A stretch of 32,000 bases of DNA. Origin: Betaproteobacteria bacterium. GTDB taxonomy: Bacteria > Pseudomonadota > Gammaproteobacteria > Burkholderiales > Burkholderiaceae_C. The stretch is taken from NCBI GenBank assembly GCA_037134215.1, contig JBAXMQ010000009.1, forward strand, positions 19,197 to 51,196, in the 5' to 3' direction. The notes under the pieces were generated by a model. The model made no database searches. It saw nothing but the letters and a program-made list of their open reading frames with translations, and was not told where the DNA came from. Position numbers and translations under genes: made by a program. This document shows, in pieces, positions 1 to 7,385 of the stretch. Positions within the stretch are counted from its first letter, which is position 1. Every line of letters starts with the position of its first letter.

Positions 1-1083
1 GTGCAAGAGGCGGTCGAGGCCGCACAGAAACTCGGCGGTCCGGTCTGGGTGGTCAAGGCCCAAATCCATGCGGGTGGCCGTGGCAAGGGTGGTGGCGTCA
101 AGCTCGCGCGCTCGGTCGAAGAGGTCCGTCAACTCGCCAGCGAGATCCTGGGCATGCAACTGGTGACGCACCAGACCGGCCCACTGGGCCAGAAGGTGAG
201 ACGCCTGCTGATTGAAGACGGCGCCGACATCAAGAAAGAGTACTACGTGTCGGCCGTCACTGACCGCGCTACCCAGCGCGTGGCGTTCATGGCCTCCTCC
301 GAGGGTGGTATGGACATCGAAGAGGTGGCCCATGCCACGCCCGAGAAAATCATCAAGGCCATTGTGGACCCGGCCACCGGTCTGACCGATGCGCAGGCCA
401 AGACCCTGGCCGACGGCATGGGTGTGCCGGCAGCGTCAACCGCGCAGGCGGTCGATGTGCTGCAAAAGCTCTACAAGGTGTACATGGACACCGACGCCTC
501 TCTCGTGGAAATCAACCCGCTGATCCTCGAGGGCAATGGCAACATCAAGGCCTTGGACGCCAAGTTCAACTTTGACGCCAACGCGCTGTTCCGGCACCCG
601 GAGATCGTGGCCTACCGCGACCTGGATGAAGAAGACCCGGCCGAGGTCGAGGCGAGCAAGTTTGACCTGGCCTACATCAGCCTGGACGGCAACATCGGCT
701 GCCTGGTCAACGGCGCCGGCCTGGCCATGTCCACCATGGACACCATCAAGCTGTTCGGTGCGGAACCCGCCAACTTTCTCGACGTCGGTGGCGGTGCCAC
801 GCCAGAAAAAGTCACCGAAGCGTTCAAGATCATGTTGCGCAACGACAAAGTCAAGGCGATTCTGGTCAATATCTTCGGCGGCATCATGAAATGTGACACC
901 ATCGCCACCGGCGTAATCACCGCTTGCAAGGCCACCAATCTGAGCGTGCCCTTGGTCGTTCGCATGAAGGGCACCAACGAAGAGCTGGGCAAAAAAATGC
1001 TGGCCGAAAGCGGTCTGCCCATCATCAGCGCCGACACCATGGCCGACGCGGCCCAAAAAGTGGTCGCCGCCCTGAAATCCTGA
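1..1083 (+). CDS. sucC: Succinyl-CoA synthetase beta subunit (ADP-forming), 5'-truncated by the window edge
   Basis: The translation has the SucC ATP-grasp and CoA-ligase patterns ([50 protein letters not shown]). Alignment by eye to E. coli SucC places window position 1 near residue 29. The gtg at 1-3 is therefore coincidental and not the true start. Stop codon at 1081-1083. Confidence 0.95.
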   Translation: MQEAVEAAQKLGGPVWVVKAQIHAGGRGKGGGVKLARSVEEVRQLASEILGMQLVTHQTGPLGQKVRRLLIEDGADIKKEYYVSAVTDRATQRVAFMASSEGGMDIEEVAHATPEKIIKAIVDPATGLTDAQAKTLADGMGVPAASTAQAVDVLQKLYKVYMDTDASLVEINPLILEGNGNIKALDAKFNFDANALFRHPEIVAYRDLDEEDPAEVEASKFDLAYISLDGNIGCLVNGAGLAMSTMDTIKLFGAEPANFLDVGGGATPEKVTEAFKIMLRNDKVKAILVNIFGGIMKCDTIATGVITACKATNLSVPLVVRMKGTNEELGKKMLAESGLPIISADTMADAAQKVVAALKS

Positions 1084-1106
1084 AGTTTGATCATCCGGAG
1101 ACAACC

Positions 1107-2000
1107 ATGTCCATCCTCATCAACAAAGACACCCGCGTCATCACCCAGGGCATCACGGGAAAGACCGGCCAGTTCCACACCGAAAAGTGCCAGGAGTACG
1201 CCAACGGGAAGGCCTGCTTCGTGGCGGGCGTGAACCCGAAAAAAGCCGGCGAAAAGATTTTTGATATCCCGATTTACGCCTCGGTCAAGGAAGCGGCTTC
1301 GCAGACTGGCGCCACGGTGTCGGTGATCTATGTCCCGCCGGCTGGCGCTGCTGCCGCGATCTGGGAGGCGGTCGAGGCTGATCTGGACCTGGCGATCTGC
1401 ATCACCGAGGGCATTCCGGTGCGCGACATGCTGGAGGTCCGCAACCGCATGAAGGCCAAGGTGGCAGCCGGCGGCAAGGAAACCCTGTTGCTGGGGCCCA
1501 ACTGCCCGGGGCTGATCACGCCGGACGAAATCAAGATTGGCATCATGCCAGGCCACATCCACCGCAAAGGCCGCATTGGCGTGGTCAGCCGCTCCGGCAC
1601 GTTGACCTACGAAGCGGTGGCGCAGCTGACCGAAATCGGCCTGGGCCAGTCGAGCGCGGTCGGCATTGGCGGCGACCCCATCAACGGCCTCAAGCACATC
1701 GACATCATGCGCATGTTCAACGACGACCCCGAGACCGACGCAGTCATCATGATCGGCGAAATCGGTGGGCCCGATGAGGCCGAGGCCGCTCGCTGGTGCA
1801 AGGCCAACATGAAAAAGCCCATCGTGGGTTTTATCGCCGGCGTGACGGCACCGGCGGGCAAACGCATGGGCCATGCCGGCGCCCTGATCTCAGGCGGCGC
1901 CGACACGGCGGATGCCAAGTTGGCAATCATGGAGGAGTGCGGCTTCACGATCACGCGAAACCCCTCTGAAATGGCCAAACTGCTCAAGGGCCTGCTCTAA
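1107..2000 (+). CDS. sucD: Succinyl-CoA synthetase alpha subunit
   Basis: ATG at 1107 lies 23 nt after the sucC stop, with GGAG at 1097-1100. The product is 297 aa and carries ITQGITGKTGQFH, SRSGTLTYE and the phosphohistidine loop MGHAGALI. Confidence 0.95.
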   Translation: MSILINKDTRVITQGITGKTGQFHTEKCQEYANGKACFVAGVNPKKAGEKIFDIPIYASVKEAASQTGATVSVIYVPPAGAAAAIWEAVEADLDLAICITEGIPVRDMLEVRNRMKAKVAAGGKETLLLGPNCPGLITPDEIKIGIMPGHIHRKGRIGVVSRSGTLTYEAVAQLTEIGLGQSSAVGIGGDPINGLKHIDIMRMFNDDPETDAVIMIGEIGGPDEAEAARWCKANMKKPIVGFIAGVTAPAGKRMGHAGALISGGADTADAKLAIMEECGFTITRNPSEMAKLLKGLL

Positions 2001-2057
2001 GCCAAAGCGCCGGGGGTGGGCCGGCGGGCCGCTACACTTCGGCACCCGTCGGCACGT

Positions 2058-2090
2058 GGCGCTCCAGGCACGGTGTCCAGAGCGCCTTTT
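2058..2090 (+). terminator. Weak intrinsic-terminator-like hairpin after sucD
   Basis: GGCGCTC (2058-2064) pairs with GAGCGCC (2080-2086) and is followed by TTTT (2087-2090). The stem is only 7 bp and the loop is 15 nt, so the call is weak. Confidence 0.3.
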
Positions 2091-2114
2091 GCATGGCCCC
2101 TATGGAGAATCAGC

Positions 2115-2807
2115 ATGGAAATGCTTCACAGTGTCGATTTCTGGATCGGCCTGCTCAAAATTGTCTGGATCAACATCATTCTCTCGGGTGATAACGCGGT
2201 GGTGATCGCACTTGCCGCTCGATCGCTCCCCGCCGAACAGCAGAAAAAGGCGGTGTTCTGGGGTTCCGGCGCCGCTGTGGCGCTGCGCATCGCCCTCACC
2301 GTGGTCGCGGCGCAACTGCTGTCGCTGTCCTTTCTGCAGATCGTGGGAGGCGCCTTGTTGCTCTGGATCGGTGTGCAGTTGCTGAGTGACGACGCAGCAG
2401 AAGACGGTGAGGCCAAGGCGCACGGCAGTTTGATGGCAGCGGTGCGCACCATCCTGATCGCCGATCTGGTGATGAGCCTGGACAACGTCATTGCCGTGGC
2501 GGCTGCGGCCAAGGGCAACATGACATTGCTGATTTTGGGTTTGGCCATCAGCATCCCGCTGGTGATTTTTGGCAGCACCTTGATGATCCGCCTGATGGAG
2601 CGCTTTCCCGTCATCGTGCTGTTGGGTGCCGGCCTGATCGGTTGGGTGGGCGGAGAAACCATCGCCAGCGATGTGGCGCTCAAGGGCGTGATGGCCGGCC
2701 ATGCCTGGCTGCATTACGCTGCGGCTGCGGCCGGCGCTGCGCTGGTCGTCGGGCTGGGGCGCTGGCTGAAACAGCGACAGGGACAGTCTGCCATTGCGGG
2801 TCACTGA
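2115..2807 (+). CDS. TerC/YjbE-family integral membrane protein
   Basis: ATG at 2115 is preceded by GGAGA (2104-2108). The 230-aa hydrophobic product carries the duplicated TerC signature (LSGDNAVVIALAA and MSLDNVIAVAAAA). Confidence 0.85.
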   Translation: MEMLHSVDFWIGLLKIVWINIILSGDNAVVIALAARSLPAEQQKKAVFWGSGAAVALRIALTVVAAQLLSLSFLQIVGGALLLWIGVQLLSDDAAEDGEAKAHGSLMAAVRTILIADLVMSLDNVIAVAAAAKGNMTLLILGLAISIPLVIFGSTLMIRLMERFPVIVLLGAGLIGWVGGETIASDVALKGVMAGHAWLHYAAAAAGAALVVGLGRWLKQRQGQSAIAGH

Positions 2808-2827
2808 AGCGCTCATCGCTGTCCGGC

Positions 2828-3613
2828 GTGGAGTACACCTTTTGTGCTGACACCGACCTTGGTCGGGTGCGGGACAACAATGAAGATGCTGTCGCGGTGG
2901 ACCCTTCAGCCGGCCTGGCGCTGTTGGCGGATGGCATGGGGGGCTACAAGGCGGGGGAGGTCGCCAGTGGCTTGGCGATCAGCGTTATCCAACCCGAGTT
3001 GGCGCAGTGGCTGACAGAAGCCGGCAAATCGGCCAGCATTGCGCGGCTCCGTCAGGCCATCTTCGACTGCGTGGTGCGCGCCAACGGCCTGATCCTGAAG
3101 TCATCCCTCACCCATGCGGCCCATGCCGGCATGGGCACGACCTTGGTCGTCGGTGTGTTTCATGGTGAACACCTGGTGCTCGGCCATCTGGGGGATTCCC
3201 GCTGTTACCGGCTGCGCGGCGGGCATCTCGACCTGATCACGCGGGACCACTCGGTGCTGCAGGAGCGCATTGACGCTGGTTTGATCACGCCAGCGCAGGC
3301 GTTTGGCTCTGCCGACAGGCATCTGGTCACCCGGGCTTTGGGTGTCGCGCCGGAGGCCAAGCTGGAACTGCATGATTTTCCGGTCGAGCCCGGGGACCTT
3401 TACCTGATGTGCTCCGATGGTTTGTCCGACATGGTGCGGGACGACATGATCCAGAAGGTGCTGTGCCAGTCCCTGCCGCTGGAGCAAACAGCCCGGGCGC
3501 TGATTGCCCTGGCCAACGAGCAGGGAGGTCGGGACAACATCGCGGTGGTGCTGGTCCAGGCTTCCGATCGGGGCGCACGGCGCAATTTTCTGTCCAGATT
3601 GCTTGGAAGATAG
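2828..3613 (+). CDS. PP2C-family Ser/Thr protein phosphatase
   Basis: PP2C motifs are present: DLGRVRDNNED, LLADGMGG, GMGTT, GDSR and CSDGL...GGRDNI. The start is placed at in-frame GTG 2828, 9 codons before the D-x-G-x-x-R-x-x-NED motif and 20 nt after the TerC stop. The longer ORF from 2642 would overlap terC. The start is uncertain. Confidence 0.85.
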   Translation: MEYTFCADTDLGRVRDNNEDAVAVDPSAGLALLADGMGGYKAGEVASGLAISVIQPELAQWLTEAGKSASIARLRQAIFDCVVRANGLILKSSLTHAAHAGMGTTLVVGVFHGEHLVLGHLGDSRCYRLRGGHLDLITRDHSVLQERIDAGLITPAQAFGSADRHLVTRALGVAPEAKLELHDFPVEPGDLYLMCSDGLSDMVRDDMIQKVLCQSLPLEQTARALIALANEQGGRDNIAVVLVQASDRGARRNFLSRLLGR

Positions 3614-3645
3614 TAAGCTGTGCTTATGTTTAAACAGGGTGGAAG

Positions 3646-4263
3646 ATGGGGATGCCTCGGCTGATCGTGTCGATTGACGGCGACGTTGTCAAAGAGATCG
3701 TCCTGTCCAAGGCGCGCACCACCGTGGGCCGCAGACCTTATAACGACATCGTGCTCGACAACCTGGCGATCAGTGGCGAGCACGCCGTGCTGGTTATGGA
3801 CGAGCAGGCGCTGCGCATTGAGGACCTGGGCAGCACCAATGGCACGCGCGTCAATGGCGAGACTGTGCGCAACCATGTATTGCGGGATGGCGACGTCATC
3901 GCCATTGGCAAATACAGCCTGGCCCTCGCTCACCCGTTGCTGCCTGCTGCGGCCGTTTTGGCCGATGAGGCCGATGAAACCGACAGCGCGCAGCAGACAC
4001 CAAGGCCAGCGTCCATCAAGGTCATTTCAGGTCGGTCGACTGGCCGTGAACTGGCCCTGACCAAGGCCGTGACAACCCTGGGCAAGCCCAGCGTCGCGGT
4101 CGCGGCCATCACGCGCCGTCCCAACGGCTTTGTGCTGCACCACATGGAGGGCAGCGACCGGGCTGTCGTCAACGGTGTGCCGGTCGGGCCGGACGCCGTG
4201 CCCCTGGAACACGGCGACAGCATCCTGCTGGCGGGTACCACCATGCAGTTTTTGCAGCCATGA
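3646..4263 (+). CDS. FHA-domain protein with a canonical N-terminal FHA and a degenerate C-terminal FHA-like domain
   Basis: FHA1 has TTVGRRPYNDIVLDNLAISGEHAVL...GSTNGTRVNG, with the Gly-Arg, Ser-x-x-His and Asn signature residues. The second half (TTLGKPSVAVAAI...GSDRAVVNG) has the FHA fold pattern but lacks the Arg and Ser/His pThr-contact residues. The alternative start ATG 3652 has better spacing to GGGTGGA (3637-3643). Confidence 0.85.
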   Translation: MGMPRLIVSIDGDVVKEIVLSKARTTVGRRPYNDIVLDNLAISGEHAVLVMDEQALRIEDLGSTNGTRVNGETVRNHVLRDGDVIAIGKYSLALAHPLLPAAAVLADEADETDSAQQTPRPASIKVISGRSTGRELALTKAVTTLGKPSVAVAAITRRPNGFVLHHMEGSDRAVVNGVPVGPDAVPLEHGDSILLAGTTMQFLQP

Positions 4264-4330
4264 GCGGTCCTGCCTGCCAGCTTGTGCCACTGCTGGCGCG
4301 CCATCAATCCGCATCCTGAGCCATAGCCCC

Positions 4331-6580
4331 ATGCAATACCTCAAAAATCACCGCCTGCGGATCGCCGTCACCCTGATTCCCTTGGTGTTGGCCTTGATGC
4401 ACGCAGGGGGTCTGTTCAAGCTGGACCTGATCGCGCGCCTCGAAGCCATTGCCTACGATGCGCGCTTGGTCGCCACCATGCCTAAGACGCTCGATGACCG
4501 GATTGTGATCGTTGACCTCGATGAGAAAAGCCTGGCCGAGGTCGGGCGCTGGCCCTGGAGCCGCAACCGCCTGGCGGACTTGATGGACGAGCTGTTCGAC
4601 CGGCAAAAAATTGCTGTTGCCGGCTTCGACGTGGTGTTTTCCGAGCCCGATGACAGCTCCGGCCTGAGCCGCCTGAAGTCGCTGGCGCAAAACGAACTGC
4701 GCGGACAGGCGGGCTATGTCGACCGGTTGGCCCAGTTACAAGAGTCTTTGGATTACGACGGCCTGTTTGCCCGTGCCATTGCAAATCGAAAGGTGGCCCT
4801 CGCGTATTACCTGTCGAGTGACCAGAGGGGACGAACCTCGGGGACGCTACCGTCGCCCGTATTCGACGAACAGGCGCTACAGGGGCGTCAGACCCCAAAG
4901 GCCGCTTGGGACGGCTATGGATCCAACATCGATCGGTTGGCGAAGGCGGCGCCGATGGCAGGCTTCTTCAACACGCTGGAGGAGGCCGATGGCGTGGTGC
5001 GCTTTGTGCCCCTGGTGGCTGAATTTAAGGGTGGCTATTACGAATCACTGTCTTTGGTGATTTTTCGCCTGTTTGTCGGGCTGCCAGTGGTTACACCGGG
5101 TTTCCCCTCAGGCTCCCGGGCTGATGACGTCTACCAGGGGCTGGAGAGCATTCAGTTACGTCAAGGCAAACAAACCATGCGTATCCCGGTGGATGACCGC
5201 TTGGCCATGCTCGTGCCCTACCGGGGCAAGGGCGGGCCAGACGGCGGCTCGTTCCGCTATGTCTCGGCGGTTGACTTGCTGGCGAAGCGATTGCCGGAAG
5301 GCAGCCTGGCCGGCAAGATTGTGCTGGTCGGCACGACGGCCCCTGGCTTGCTGGACCTGCGCTCCGCGCCGGTGGGCAACTCTTACCCCGGCGTTGAGGC
5401 ACACGCCAACCTTATCAGCAGCCTCCTGGACGGTAAAACCCTGGTCCGGCCGGACTATGCGGTCGGTTTCGAGGTGATGCTGCTGCTGCTGGTGGGCATT
5501 CTGCTGGCTTTGGCGCTACCGGCACTCTCGGCGCTGATGGCCGTGTTGTTGAGCGGCGCCACGGTTGCCTTGATGGTCGGCCTGAACCTCTGGCTGTTCG
5601 CGTCCGCCGGCTTGGTCTTGCCTTTGGCGCTGATGGTCATCATGACCGTGATTGCTTTTGTGTTGAACATGAGCTACGGCTATCTGGTGGAAAGCCGGTC
5701 CAAGCGGGACTTGGCCCAGTTGTTTGGCAGCTATGTTCCGCCCGAGTTGGTCAAGGAAATGGTCAAAGACCCCGAAAGCTACAGCATGAAAGCCAGCAGC
5801 CGGGAGCTGACGGTGATGTTTTGCGACATGCGCGGCTTCACCAGCCTGTCGGAGACCCTGGAGCCGCTGGCGTTGCAGGCCATGCTCAATGGCGTGTTCA
5901 GCCAACTCACCAGTGTGATCCGGCGCAACATGGGCACGATCGACAAGTACATGGGTGACTGCGTGATGGCCTTCTGGGGCGCCCCGGTAGAAACCGCGCA
6001 ACACGCGCAGCTGGCGGTCAAGACCGCGCTGGAAATGACGGTGGCACTGCGCCGTATCAACGCGAACCACCGGGCCAAGGGCATCGCGGAGATCAGTCTG
6101 GGCGTGGGCCTCAATACAGGCAGCATGTGCGTGGGCGACATGGGCTCGGACATCCGGCGCAGCTACACCGTGATCGGCGACGCGGTCAACCTGGGCTCTC
6201 GCCTGGAGGGCCTGTCCAAAGTCTATGGCGTGGACACCGTGGTGAGCGAGTCCACCCGGGCACTTGCGCCGGATTTTGTCTGGCAGGAGCTCGACCGCGT
6301 GCGAGTCAAGGGCAAGGCGCAAGCTGTTGCCATCTTCTGGCCAGCAGCCGTTTTGGCAGACAACACGCCGGCCCTGAGCCGCGAGATGGCCCTATGGGCT
6401 GACTTCCTGCAAGCCTATCGGCGTCAGTGCTGGAACGACTGCGACCCGATGCTGGCAGAATTGCAACTTATCCAGCCGACCAAGGGCCTTTACAAGCTTT
6501 ACGAAGGACGCTTGGCCGCGCGTCGGGCCTTGCCCCAAGACCCGGACTGGGACGGTGCCACCAATTTCGAAACCAAATGA
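4331..6580 (+). CDS. CHASE2 sensor-domain membrane protein fused to a class III adenylate cyclase catalytic domain
   Basis: ATG 4331 is the first Met after the FHA gene stop. An N-terminal TM helix is followed by a roughly 330-aa extracytoplasmic region (CHASE2-like: VIVDLDEKSL..GRWPWSR, VGFDVVFSEPD). Three TM helices span about nt 5460-5680. The cyclase domain has VMFCDMRGFT, DKYMGDCVMAFWGAP and YTVIGDAVNLGSRLE. Confidence 0.9.
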   Translation: MQYLKNHRLRIAVTLIPLVLALMHAGGLFKLDLIARLEAIAYDARLVATMPKTLDDRIVIVDLDEKSLAEVGRWPWSRNRLADLMDELFDRQKIAVAGFDVVFSEPDDSSGLSRLKSLAQNELRGQAGYVDRLAQLQESLDYDGLFARAIANRKVALAYYLSSDQRGRTSGTLPSPVFDEQALQGRQTPKAAWDGYGSNIDRLAKAAPMAGFFNTLEEADGVVRFVPLVAEFKGGYYESLSLVIFRLFVGLPVVTPGFPSGSRADDVYQGLESIQLRQGKQTMRIPVDDRLAMLVPYRGKGGPDGGSFRYVSAVDLLAKRLPEGSLAGKIVLVGTTAPGLLDLRSAPVGNSYPGVEAHANLISSLLDGKTLVRPDYAVGFEVMLLLLVGILLALALPALSALMAVLLSGATVALMVGLNLWLFASAGLVLPLALMVIMTVIAFVLNMSYGYLVESRSKRDLAQLFGSYVPPELVKEMVKDPESYSMKASSRELTVMFCDMRGFTSLSETLEPLALQAMLNGVFSQLTSVIRRNMGTIDKYMGDCVMAFWGAPVETAQHAQLAVKTALEMTVALRRINANHRAKGIAEISLGVGLNTGSMCVGDMGSDIRRSYTVIGDAVNLGSRLEGLSKVYGVDTVVSESTRALAPDFVWQELDRVRVKGKAQAVAIFWPAAVLADNTPALSREMALWADFLQAYRRQCWNDCDPMLAELQLIQPTKGLYKLYEGRLAARRALPQDPDWDGATNFETK

Positions 6581-6593
6581 GGAGTAAGCACCC

Positions 6594-7385
6594 ATGAAAG
6601 TCCGCGTTCTTGGCTGCTCGGGAGCGATTGCGAAGAACTGTCGAACCACGTCATTCTTGTTGGATCGCGATGTCCTGATTGACGCGGGCACCGGCGTCGG
6701 CGATCTGACCCTGGAGGAAATGAGGGACATTGACCACGTCGTGTTGACCCACTCTCACCTTGACCATGTGGCGGCCTTGCCACTGATGGTCGATTCTGTG
6801 GGAGCCTTACGGACGCGACCCTTGCAGGTGCATGGGTTGCCGGAGACGGTCGATGCGCTCAAAGCCCATATTTTCAACGACGTGATCTGGCCCGACTTCA
6901 GCCGCATCCCCACGCCGGATCAACCCTTTATCCAGTTCAGCGTGATGGCCGTGGGTGACGTGCTGCAGTTCGGCGACAAAGCGGTGGAGGTGTTGCCGGC
7001 GGTCCACTCTGTGCCTGCGGTAGGCATTGCCGCCACTGGCGGCAATGGCTATTGGGTGTTCAGCGGTGACACCGGACCCAACCCTGCTTTCTGGGCCAGA
7101 GTCAACCAGCTGCCAGTGAGTGCGCTGGTGATCGAAACCGCCTTTAGCAACCGCGAGCACAGGCTGGCCCAGCTCAGCTTGCATCTTTCGCCAGCCATGC
7201 TGGCGGAAGAAATTGCCAACATCGCTGGCGACCGCCGCTTTCCGATCTACATCACCCACACCAAGCCAGCCGCGACCGAACTGATCATGCAAGAAATCGA
7301 AGTCTTCAATCAGCAAGACGGTGGCGATCAGGCGGGCTTGTACGACATTCGCTGGCTGCGGGCGGGGAAGGAGTTCAATTTGTGA
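6594..7385 (+). CDS. Class II 3',5'-cyclic-nucleotide phosphodiesterase (metallo-beta-lactamase fold)
   Basis: GAGGAG at 6579-6584 lies 9 nt before ATG 6594. The N-terminus VRVLGCSG..., FLLD..VLIDAGTG and the class II PDE signature HSHLDHV (6750-6770) are present. The start is 13 nt after the cyclase stop. Confidence 0.8.
   Translation: MKVRVLGCSGAIAKNCRTTSFLLDRDVLIDAGTGVGDLTLEEMRDIDHVVLTHSHLDHVAALPLMVDSVGALRTRPLQVHGLPETVDALKAHIFNDVIWPDFSRIPTPDQPFIQFSVMAVGDVLQFGDKAVEVLPAVHSVPAVGIAATGGNGYWVFSGDTGPNPAFWARVNQLPVSALVIETAFSNREHRLAQLSLHLSPAMLAEEIANIAGDRRFPIYITHTKPAATELIMQEIEVFNQQDGGDQAGLYDIRWLRAGKEFNL

Noticed and set aside
1-3. The gtg at position 1 as the sucC start codon
   Set aside because: Comparison with canonical SucC shows about 28 N-terminal residues are missing (the MNLHEYQ... 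ATP-grasp start), so the gene begins upstream of the window.
672-1874. 400-aa minus-strand ORF, and other ORFs, overlapping sucC/sucD
   Set aside because: It is antisense to two unmistakable housekeeping genes. Its translation is Arg/Gly/Ala/His-rich low complexity with no recognisable motifs. Such ORFs are a typical high-GC artefact, because stop codons are rare in off-frames.
2001-2114. A possible yybP-ykoY (Mn) riboswitch upstream of the TerC-family gene
   Set aside because: TerC/Alx genes often carry this leader. I could not find the conserved GGGGAGUAG or CUUGACA-type core elements, or the four-way junction pairing, in these 114 nt. Only a weak terminator-like hairpin is present.
3614-3626. 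The small palindrome TAAGC-tgt-GCTTA right after the PP2C stop codon
   Set aside because: A 5-bp stem is too short to call a structure or an element, and I found no other copy in the window.
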